Source of the DNA: Candidatus Thorarchaeota archaeon
Lineage (GTDB): Archaea; Asgardarchaeota; Thorarchaeia; Thorarchaeales; Thorarchaeaceae
Length of the DNA: 20,352 nucleotides
Reading direction: 5' to 3'
Assembly (NCBI GenBank): GCA_016840855.1
Contig: JAEORO010000167.1
Span: forward strand, 1 to 20,352
The position numbers were made by a program, and so were the translations under genes. Under the pieces are notes generated by a model. The model did no database searches. It was not told where the DNA came from and saw only the letters and a list, made by a program, of their open reading frames with translations. Below, one piece after another: positions 1 through 7,844 of this stretch; the first letter of the stretch is position 1; the number at the start of each line of letters is the position of its first letter.

Positions 1-98
1 CCTCTGTAAGCGTTAAGACTTCGGTTCATATGGAACCAACTATCTGCAACATGCGGTTTAGATAGCAGAGACTTTGCTTTGATGCATTCATATTGCAT
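1..98 (-). CDS. Partial gene (5' end only, runs off the window): probable radical SAM protein of the SplB/spore photoproduct lyase-like family (COG1533)
   Basis: Not in the ORF track. Manual translation from ATG at 98 on the - strand gives MQYECIKAKSLLSKPHVADSWFHMNRSLNAYRG..., with an in-frame TGA upstream at 111-113. This matches the family N-terminal pattern 'KS.L....D.WF....S.N.YRG' that precedes the CxxxCxxC motif. The motif itself would lie just outside the window, so it is not seen. Confidence 0.7.
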   Translation of the reverse strand, partial: MQYECIKAKSLLSKPHVADSWFHMNRSLNAYR

Positions 99-235
99 TT
101 CGAAATACGCTCATTCAATTTCTAATGAAATTCAATTGGCTTGAATAATCTCTACTTGTCTTAAAAATCGAATGAAGACTCGCAACATTTGTTTATGTGG
201 ACTTATGTAAACAGTTTGGAGTGCAGGTGTCACTG

Positions 236-1966
236 GTGACAAGTGATAATCACGAAACCTCATGGCTACTCAAGGTAATGGAAGTAGTTCGTGATGGATT
301 TGTGGTTATCCAGGACGAAGACATCATCCTCACAAATACCGCCTTTGTAGATATGCTGGGCGTTGAGAAGGATGATCTTTTGGACACTCCTTTTGATGAT
401 ATAATCGACCCAGTATCTCGAAGACGTGATCAAGATATGATTGAGGCTCTTGTGACTGGTGAAAATGCAACACAATTTACTACTCGTCTGGCATCGAAAG
501 ATGGCAACATCCTCCATGTTGAAATTTCTCCAACAGAAATTAAGTTGAATGGAGAACCTGCAATTATTGCTGTCGTTCGGAATATCACTTCACAGATGGA
601 ACTTGAAGCTGCTGTGACAGAGCTTGAAAACCGTTTTGCGACGCTTTACGACATGTCGCCAGTAGCCTATTTCACCTTGAATCGGAATGGTATCATCGAA
701 CAGGTAAATGCTGCAGCTGAGGAATTACTTGGTTCTGATGCTGAAAATCTCATTGGAAAATCGCTATCAGAATTCCTCCCCGACCCAGAACCTCGTTATG
801 ATCCCGGTGCTGATATCGTAAAGGAAGCTCTACGAGGAAAAAGTGTCAGTGGTCTTGAAATCCAAATGAAACGGGGCGACAATAAGGTAATCTGGGCAAA
901 TATCTCTTCTAGCCCTCTAACATCAAGTGGTGAGAAATTAAGTGAAATTGGTCTCACTGCTTTTGATGTGACATCTCGTCGTGGTGTCGAACAAAGACTC
1001 AGGCAAGAGAGTGAAAGAGCAAACTTGTACATGGAAGTCATGAGCAGTGACTTGAACATGACAAATCAGAATGTTCTTTTTGCACTAGAAGATCTGAGCA
1101 TCTCACTAGACCTCCCAGATCGTCTTCGGGGATTGCTCAGCGAAACTGCTTGGAGTGTTCGTAGTGCAGGACGGATGATTGCCAATATGGGCGTGTTGAT
1201 TTCTTTGGGGCAAGCTCCGCCAGACAAAGTACAAACAAGACTTCAGCCGCACTTCAAAAAAGCTGTTAGGGAAGCCACTCGTGATTTTGAATGGAAAACT
1301 ATTAACATAAACTCAAATATCGCTGAACAATCATTTGATGTAGTAGGGCATGCTTTCATTTGGTACATATTCTTCAACATAATTCATTACTGTGCTAGTG
1401 AAGATTTGAGTACAACTGTCGAACTTGAGATAAATGCGAATATGACTGAAGATGAAGACCATGTCCGCATAGAATTTCTGGACCATGGTCCTGGGATTCC
1501 AGATGAACAGAAAGATCAGATTTTCAGGCGATCTGGTGGACCTGAGGAGCAGTTGGCAGGAAAAGGACTTGGACTAACAGTCGTTGATAGGTATATTGAC
1601 CATCTCGGTGGTAGGGTATGGGTCGAGGATAGAGATAGTTCCAATCCTTCTTTGGGAAGCAAGTTCATTGTGCTTTTGCCAGCGTGGAAGGAAGAACTCA
1701 AGATACCTCCTATTATGTTCTATAAGTCAGACCACTGTGTATTCTGTGGTCCTGTTCTTGAATCATTAAACGCTGTTCTTAAAGAAATGAACATTAGCCC
1801 ATCGAACATTCAACTGATCAATGTTGATGACCCCAATTCAGAAGTGAGTGAGGAAGAGTTGCCTGCCTTGCCTACAATCTACATGGGAGCAAAGCAACTT
1901 GCAGGCTTCGTATCAGAAGATGACTTGAGAGTAGAAATCTCCACGATGCTATTAATGTCTGGCTAA
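236..1966 (+). CDS. Soluble PAS-PAS histidine-kinase-like protein (probable pseudokinase) with a C-terminal thioredoxin-like CxxC domain
   Basis: The ORF is open from GTG 197; GTG 236 follows an AGGTG SD-like motif and gives an N-terminus closer in length to the paralog's. It has two PAS/PAC repeats, a degenerate H-box (EVMSSDL), a degenerate N-box (FNIIHYC), G1 DHGPGI and G2 GKGLGL. The C-terminal ~85 aa read FYKSDHCVFC...INVD...ALPTI...GF, a thioredoxin fold pattern with a cis-Pro motif. No TM segments are apparent. Confidence 0.88.
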   Translation: MTSDNHETSWLLKVMEVVRDGFVVIQDEDIILTNTAFVDMLGVEKDDLLDTPFDDIIDPVSRRRDQDMIEALVTGENATQFTTRLASKDGNILHVEISPTEIKLNGEPAIIAVVRNITSQMELEAAVTELENRFATLYDMSPVAYFTLNRNGIIEQVNAAAEELLGSDAENLIGKSLSEFLPDPEPRYDPGADIVKEALRGKSVSGLEIQMKRGDNKVIWANISSSPLTSSGEKLSEIGLTAFDVTSRRGVEQRLRQESERANLYMEVMSSDLNMTNQNVLFALEDLSISLDLPDRLRGLLSETAWSVRSAGRMIANMGVLISLGQAPPDKVQTRLQPHFKKAVREATRDFEWKTININSNIAEQSFDVVGHAFIWYIFFNIIHYCASEDLSTTVELEINANMTEDEDHVRIEFLDHGPGIPDEQKDQIFRRSGGPEEQLAGKGLGLTVVDRYIDHLGGRVWVEDRDSSNPSLGSKFIVLLPAWKEELKIPPIMFYKSDHCVFCGPVLESLNAVLKEMNISPSNIQLINVDDPNSEVSEEELPALPTIYMGAKQLAGFVSEDDLRVEISTMLLMSG

Positions 1967-2200
1967 TGCGAGCTACTTTTCGAAGGCATTAGTGCGAGTA
2001 TGCTGTCTATTACATTGATGAATTCATAGGTGGTTTACCTGGTACACTTCTAGCACTACTAGGTTTAATTGATTTCATCGTGATGACTTATCTCCCCTCA
2101 GGTCACTGACTCCTTTTAAGACATCGAGGTACACTTAGATTTACATGCAGTCAAATCAATTTGTGAAATGAGTCTACTTGAATTAGCAGAGGTGAGTTAT

Positions 2201-2638
2201 TTGGAGTTTGTAATTCAACAAATTGGTCATGTTAAGAAGGATGAGTCAGGTATCTATCTTGTTATTGATTTGAAATACTGGGATGCTACGATACATGTTG
2301 ACTTATTCTCACACCTAATCGTTCTCTGGTGGATACATGAACGTGACACAATCGAGGATCGAAGTACGTTGATATCGTTTCCTCCCCGAAACAAGGGCAA
2401 TGAACCGTCAGGAGTTTTTTCAAGCCGCTCCCCATCGAGACCAAACCCAATTGGACATACCATTGTTAGACTCTTAGAAGTAGATAATAGAAACAAACTT
2501 TTGAAAATTGACCATATGGATGCCCATGATGGCTCTCCTATTATTGATATCAAACCATACTTGCCATCTTCTGATAAAGTTGATAATGCTGGAGTTGCAC
2601 CATGGTTTAAAGACCTAGAACGACGATATACTATCTAG
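2201..2638 (+). CDS. trmO: TrmO/YaeB (TsaA, UPF0066)-like SAM-binding protein; putative tRNA t6A37 N6-methyltransferase, single-domain form
   Basis: Motifs GVFSSRSPSRPNPIG and DAHDGSPIIDIKPY. TTG 2201 follows the SD GAGGTGA (2189-2195); the ORF track starts at ATG 2168. Confidence 0.88.
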   Translation: MEFVIQQIGHVKKDESGIYLVIDLKYWDATIHVDLFSHLIVLWWIHERDTIEDRSTLISFPPRNKGNEPSGVFSSRSPSRPNPIGHTIVRLLEVDNRNKLLKIDHMDAHDGSPIIDIKPYLPSSDKVDNAGVAPWFKDLERRYTI

Positions 2639-2639
2639 C

Positions 2640-3563
2640 TCATTTTGGGACTCCAAGATAGGCTTGGAGAAGGTCTTCCATAAACTCTGAGGTCTTCTTG
2701 ATTATCATCATAGGGTCATCGACAATATAGGTAAAACGATAAGTGATAGCTGCAACTGGTTTAGCCCAAATTTGATATGTTGGGAGAGCAAGAAACACAT
2801 TTTCATAATCTTTACACACTTTATCGAAATGACGCTGCATTGCGCGTTGGTCATAACTCATGTGGATATTCATATCAAATGTGTATTTGTATGCGTTAGC
2901 ATCACCAGCCATGAACCGAAGTTTACCAATAGCTTTGTCAATGGAACGGATGTAGGATTTCTTTTGCTTCTCCTCCTTTACTTCCTCTATCTCTTCTTCC
3001 TTATCCTTTAGTAAATCAGCTACAGCAACTCGAAAATTAGTGACCTCACTACTCACGACTTTACTATTTGGGAGTAACTGCCTTGTTTCATCACCAAGAA
3101 GAATTCTTGTGTAATTCAGAGTAATTTCTCTGACTATTCCCTCAACATTTCCTACTCTTACATAATCACCAACTCTGAATGGTCTCGCTGCAAGAACATA
3201 TAACCCACTTACTATGTTACCGAGTGCCTGCGAGAATGCAAGACCAAGTGCAGTACCAAAGATAGCTGTGATTGATAGCAGTGTGGCAACACTTGCTTCA
3301 AATGCACCCACTATAATCATCACTCCTGCCATGAAAAAGATTAACCTTAGAACCAGTACAATTCCTGTAGCTGCTTCAACTCCCATTCCAATTGAGATAA
3401 GGGATCTTTTTACAATGCGGGTGATTGCAACATATGCTATCAAAAGTATAACAAGGTAAATGCCAAGCATTATGAGTGGAAGCAATAGATTGATGTAATA
3501 GAATAGGTAGCCAAGTGGGTCTGTAAAGAAATCAGGTGGGGGTAAAACCGTAGTAGTTTGCAT
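2640..3563 (-). CDS. mscS: Small-conductance mechanosensitive channel family protein
   Basis: About three N-terminal TM helices followed by the MscS signature GLAFSQALGNIVSGLYVLAARPFRVGDYVRVGNVEGIVREITLNYTRI...LPNSKV. Confidence 0.9.
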   Translation of the reverse strand: MQTTTVLPPPDFFTDPLGYLFYYINLLLPLIMLGIYLVILLIAYVAITRIVKRSLISIGMGVEAATGIVLVLRLIFFMAGVMIIVGAFEASVATLLSITAIFGTALGLAFSQALGNIVSGLYVLAARPFRVGDYVRVGNVEGIVREITLNYTRILLGDETRQLLPNSKVVSSEVTNFRVAVADLLKDKEEEIEEVKEEKQKKSYIRSIDKAIGKLRFMAGDANAYKYTFDMNIHMSYDQRAMQRHFDKVCKDYENVFLALPTYQIWAKPVAAITYRFTYIVDDPMMIIKKTSEFMEDLLQAYLGVPK

Positions 3564-3657
3564 AATATTCTCAACCTGTAAAATGCATTCACTATATGAA
3601 TAATGTCCTGTGTCAGTATTCTAAAAGCTGAATTTTCCATATCATTATTAGGAGTAT

Positions 3658-4782
3658 TTGATAGATAATGATGTGCCGATGACAGAGTTTGCTCTTCAGA
3701 TAAAACGCAATGTAACTTTCATTATCAAGATACTTGTAGTGCTGTCTTTCCCTCTAGTAGCTCTTGTTGGCATACCATACTTTGGGTGGATTTCTGTCCT
3801 GCTTGTTGTTGGAGATGTTTCAGTTTTTCAATTTACTTCATTCGTATCGGTCTTTGTAGGTTTAATTATTATGTTTCCATGCATAGTATTTGAATTATAT
3901 CTAAAATCTAGACCAATTACAAGATCAGTACGTTTTCTAGCGATAATTGCTTCTGTTACGTGCTGGGTTCTCAGTGTTTCTTTTCCATTCAGTATTATAA
4001 TCCCCCGAGATGTTTATATTCCGTACTATATCCCTTCATACTATACTATTAATTATGGACCAGTCCTAGCCATTACATTCTTTGTCGTACTACCATTAAT
4101 CACTCGAGAATCAATCCTGCATAGCATACCAAATGAATTACGCTCTAAGAACTATTCTTTAATCAAGTCATTAGCTGGTAAAAAGATACGACGTGAGAAG
4201 GTTCTATCTGGACTTCTTTGGTTTGGTCTCATGTTCTGTCCCTTCTTGATGATTCCAATTTATCCGAACCAATTCCAGTACATGTCTATCTTTTACATAT
4301 ATTCTCCATATTCTCTTTATAGCATTATTGAGGTATTAACTCCCTATTTTTCTATGGAACTAACCGCTATGATTGCAGTAGGACTACCAATCGTTCTTCT
4401 TTTGTCTGCAATACGTTTTGTGTTTATAAGAGATGTACTTCGGTTCAAAATTACTAGAATTGCGAAATCTAGATTGGTGTCAGTAGCAATATTGGGTGAA
4501 ATTCTACCTGCTGCTGTCATAACATTAATTGGTCTAATTTTTTTCCAACAAGGTTACTGGCCGTTAGTTTTTCCATCACCAATTCTCCCAATCCTTGGTT
4601 TTGCTTATATAAGATTAAATAGAGCAATACCCATCAAAGATGAGATTTGGGATGATCAAGAAAATAGAATGTGGTTTGAAAAAGAACGAGAACCATTCAT
4701 TACGCAACCCGGAGATGAATCAATTAAGGTACCAATAGCATATCTCTTGGTTTCGCAAGTTCGTAGGCTTCTCAAGCAGTAA
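3658..4782 (+). CDS. Hypothetical polytopic membrane protein (about 8 TM segments)
   Basis: 374-aa ORF with AGGAG before TTG 3658, many hydrophobic segments and a short soluble C-tail. No family motif was recognised. Confidence 0.7.
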   Translation: MIDNDVPMTEFALQIKRNVTFIIKILVVLSFPLVALVGIPYFGWISVLLVVGDVSVFQFTSFVSVFVGLIIMFPCIVFELYLKSRPITRSVRFLAIIASVTCWVLSVSFPFSIIIPRDVYIPYYIPSYYTINYGPVLAITFFVVLPLITRESILHSIPNELRSKNYSLIKSLAGKKIRREKVLSGLLWFGLMFCPFLMIPIYPNQFQYMSIFYIYSPYSLYSIIEVLTPYFSMELTAMIAVGLPIVLLLSAIRFVFIRDVLRFKITRIAKSRLVSVAILGEILPAAVITLIGLIFFQQGYWPLVFPSPILPILGFAYIRLNRAIPIKDEIWDDQENRMWFEKEREPFITQPGDESIKVPIAYLLVSQVRRLLKQ

Positions 4783-4789
4783 TGAAGAA

Positions 4790-6229
4790 TTATGTGGAAT
4801 CGAAAACTAGTGTCTTTATTACTACCGGAACCACAACATCTTCTATAATTGGTTCACCAATATCAATAAAATCCCCTTCTTTCAACTTAATTTCATCTAT
4901 GGAAAGCAATTCATTCTGAATTCCTGTTTCTCGTTTTATGACATTGCCAACACTGTTGCCAATATCTGCATCAAAACACATGAAGATAGGCGTCTTGTTT
5001 TTGACGGTGTTAGGTAGTGCACCAATGACGCCTATTGCGAACTCTTTGAGGATTTCATACGACGGTTTGACAGAATTATTAAAGGCTAGAATTAGAGGAT
5101 CAACGCCTTCAGCTAAATCAAATCTTGAAAGAGCTCGTTCAATTGCTATCTTCACATCTACCGAGGATGGCTGCCTGCTGAGAATGAATGGCTCAACAAC
5201 TGGTAAGTTACGTAGAGGATATTCAAGACCCGTTGAAAGGAAAGTCGTCGACCCGCTAACCTGAAGACTGAAATTACCTGCTCCTATGACTGTGGCTCGA
5301 ATTCCATGCTCTGGTTTTCCTATTGGGATTTCCAGTTCAGAACTCTTCTCTTTTATCGCCATAGCCAATGAAACGCCAAGATCATTAAACACCCGCTCCT
5401 CGTTTCCATAGATGTATTCAGCAACACCTCCAGAGAATGAAATGCTGTCAATTGATCCCTCATAATGAAGCGGAGGTGCCATCATGAGCATACTTGCTAT
5501 GCTGGAAAGAGGTTTCTGTTGCATGCATTGAATTAAGGCTTCAGCAAGAGCATCTGCTAAAATATTCTGACATGATTCTGAGAGGACTTGCCCTAATTTT
5601 AGACTTAACCCCAACTCTTTTGCTATGTTTTTACCTGTGTCTTCTAGGCGAGTGATTTGTCTATTATCATCAAGAGCTATTAACCTCCCGCCCACATTAA
5701 TAGCAGTCGTAGCAACAACTCGCCCCTCCCTACAAATAGCAATATTTGATGAACCGCCACCGATATCAACATTCATTATTGTTATACCTAAATCAGCTGA
5801 CTTGGTGACAGCTCCCGAACCATATGCTGCAAGAACAGATTCGAAATTTGGTCCTGCAGTTGCAGCTACAAACTTACCCGCTTCCCCTGCGAGGGCACTA
5901 ACAATCCATTCCGCATTCTCCTTCTTGGCTGTTTCACCAGTGATGATAACAGCACCTGTATCTATCTGTGAAATGGAAAAGCCTGCGTTCCTATAATCTA
6001 TTAATAGCAAGTCTCTGAGCTGCTCAAAGTCGATGTTTCTTGAGTCCTTGAATGGTGTCAGATGAATAGGTCCTGAATGTAGGATACTTCGCTCCTTGAT
6101 TTCGAACTTCTCAGCACGAGAGTTCTCATCTCTTTCAAGTACTATTTTGCTGAACACGATATGGGAAGTGGAAGAACCAATATCGACACCTACACTAGTG
6201 AGTTCCTTTCGTTTTGTGAGAATAACCAT
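4790..6229 (-). CDS. eutA: EutA-family ethanolamine ammonia-lyase reactivating factor (ASKHA/actin-like ATPase)
   Basis: Motifs SVGVDIGSSTSHIVFS, TGAVIITGETAKKENA, FVAATAGPNFESVLAAYGSGA, NVDIGGGSSN, SFSGGVAEYIY, IRATVIGAG and the C-terminal GDFIDIG...VPVVIKTLVF. ATG 6229 follows GGTGA; the ORF is open to GTG 6241. Confidence 0.92.
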   Translation of the reverse strand: MVILTKRKELTSVGVDIGSSTSHIVFSKIVLERDENSRAEKFEIKERSILHSGPIHLTPFKDSRNIDFEQLRDLLLIDYRNAGFSISQIDTGAVIITGETAKKENAEWIVSALAGEAGKFVAATAGPNFESVLAAYGSGAVTKSADLGITIMNVDIGGGSSNIAICREGRVVATTAINVGGRLIALDDNRQITRLEDTGKNIAKELGLSLKLGQVLSESCQNILADALAEALIQCMQQKPLSSIASMLMMAPPLHYEGSIDSISFSGGVAEYIYGNEERVFNDLGVSLAMAIKEKSSELEIPIGKPEHGIRATVIGAGNFSLQVSGSTTFLSTGLEYPLRNLPVVEPFILSRQPSSVDVKIAIERALSRFDLAEGVDPLILAFNNSVKPSYEILKEFAIGVIGALPNTVKNKTPIFMCFDADIGNSVGNVIKRETGIQNELLSIDEIKLKEGDFIDIGEPIIEDVVVPVVIKTLVFDST

Positions 6230-6344
6230 ATTGAATTTCACCGTTCAGCAATAACGAGCGCCAAGTATTTCGTCCTTTTAGATTTATGATAGCGCGCAAT
6301 ATTTTAGCGGGTTCGTTAATTGACAGAGCAGGAGACTAACAAAG

Positions 6345-6857
6345 ATGGAAACACTTAAGGCGATTAGAAACCGACGAAGTATTAGAAAATACAAATCTAA
6401 TGATGTCAGCGAACAAGACCTTTTCACAATATTAGAAGCTGGTCGTTGGGCTCCTTCTGCTTCTAACAAACAGCCTTGGCACTTTATCATCATTCGAGAT
6501 AAAGAGATGAGAAAGAAACTTTCTGATATTCATGACTATGGTCGGTTCATGAAAGAGTCACCAGTAGTATTTGTTGTTCTTGGGGATCCGTCAAAGCATC
6601 CGAGATTTCACCTTGCAGATCCTCATCAAGCAGTACAGAATATGTTACTTGCAGCCTACTCTCTAGGGTTGGCAACTTGTTGGATGGGAGTAAGAGACAC
6701 TAATCTTGAACCACAATTCCGGGAGGTTTTGGGTGTACCTGAAAACCTTCGAGTCATCTGTTCAATATCTCTTGGGTATGGTGATCAAGAACGTAGTAGC
6801 ACTCGTTTTCCTTTAGAAGACATAACATCATGGGAAAAATATGGTGCGAAGAAATAA
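6345..6857 (+). CDS. Nitroreductase family flavoprotein
   Basis: RRSIRKY, AGRWAPSASNKQPW and QNMLLAAYSLGLATCWMG; SD AGGAG upstream. Confidence 0.93.
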   Translation: METLKAIRNRRSIRKYKSNDVSEQDLFTILEAGRWAPSASNKQPWHFIIIRDKEMRKKLSDIHDYGRFMKESPVVFVVLGDPSKHPRFHLADPHQAVQNMLLAAYSLGLATCWMGVRDTNLEPQFREVLGVPENLRVICSISLGYGDQERSSTRFPLEDITSWEKYGAKK

Positions 6858-6874
6858 TCGTGTGGTTTTCCAAA

Positions 6875-7276
6875 ATGGTTGGAGAAACTGACCTGAAGAA
6901 ACTCCTACGAAATATGGAGCCAGTGGTTGTTCAAGGAGAATATGTTTTTTGCTCTATCGAAGAGGGTCAATTGGATTATCTTGAAAAACCGTTACTTGTA
7001 TTTAGAGAGAATGAAGGACCAACAGTCATTGTTACTAAACAAGCTGCTGTTCAACATGGGTTTTCATTTGATACTATTTGGGGTCTCATTTCCCTCTCTA
7101 TTCATTCAAATCTACAATCTATAGGTTTCTTAGCAGCAATTACCACACAGCTCGCAAAGGCTGGCATAAGTGTCAATGCAGTTTCGGCATTTTACCATGA
7201 TCATCTTTTCGTTCCACATGAACGAATCGATGATGCGCTTTCACTGCTCATAGATCTTTCAAAATCACATCTATAA
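6875..7276 (+). CDS. Small tandem-ACT-domain protein (DUF2241/ACT_3 plus ACT_7-like)
   Basis: N-terminus MVGETDLKKLLRNMEP, FRENEGPTVIV, and HSNLQSIGFLAAITTQLAKAGISVNAVSAFYHDHLFVP. ATG 6875 is preferred over 6830, which overlaps the nitroreductase. Confidence 0.85.
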   Translation: MVGETDLKKLLRNMEPVVVQGEYVFCSIEEGQLDYLEKPLLVFRENEGPTVIVTKQAAVQHGFSFDTIWGLISLSIHSNLQSIGFLAAITTQLAKAGISVNAVSAFYHDHLFVPHERIDDALSLLIDLSKSHL

Positions 7277-7762
7277 TGAAATTATGACTTCCTTTGATTT
7301 CTTACCAGTCATATACTCTATGTCAATCCTACCAATATTGACACGCTTCACAGATTTCTCAGTAATTTGCTCTTTAACCACTTTCTCGGGGTCTGACTCT
7401 AGTGCATGAATCATGATGCCAAGAGCTCGTTTTTTCTCATCTGAATCTTTGATAAATGTAACACGACCTCTAAATTGCACAGTGGCATAAAGATGATCAC
7501 ACGAGCCATCTACATAACCCAAATCATCAAGTGCTTGCCCCCAGATGATATTGTTCTTCTTGAGTATGTCAATCTTCTTGCCTTCTTGAGCGCAGTGGAA
7601 ATAGATACAATAATTCTCAGGATCGTAACCATGACTCAACGTTGCTAGATATGGCTCATCATTAAGACTCATTGCGATCGTGATGTGCTTTGTTTTCCTT
7701 ATGATAGCAATGACTTCATCTTTACTTTCTATGGCCTTCTCTTTCCTACGTATTCCTCTCAA
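7271..7762 (-). CDS. Pyridoxamine 5'-phosphate oxidase-like flavin-binding protein (NimA/NimC-like, COG3467)
   Basis: IRRKEKAI N-terminus, EPYLATLSHGY, IYFHCAQEGKKIDIL, YATVQFRG and the terminal MTGKKS, all typical of this split-barrel family. Confidence 0.85.
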   Translation of the reverse strand: MRGIRRKEKAIESKDEVIAIIRKTKHITIAMSLNDEPYLATLSHGYDPENYCIYFHCAQEGKKIDILKKNNIIWGQALDDLGYVDGSCDHLYATVQFRGRVTFIKDSDEKKRALGIMIHALESDPEKVVKEQITEKSVKRVNIGRIDIEYMTGKKSKEVIISL

Positions 7763-7844
7763 TTTGCATCATCCCTCTCTGCAATCAAAGCTACGTTAAA
7801 GATTTCGAGTAACGTTTTTGTGTCACAACAATCAAACACTATCC

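Noticed and set aside
1700-1966. Calling the C-terminal domain KaiB (circadian SasA-like kinase)
   Set aside because: It shares the fold and the xPT motif, but a CxxC is retained and no kaiC is present in the window. It is kept only as an alternative hypothesis.
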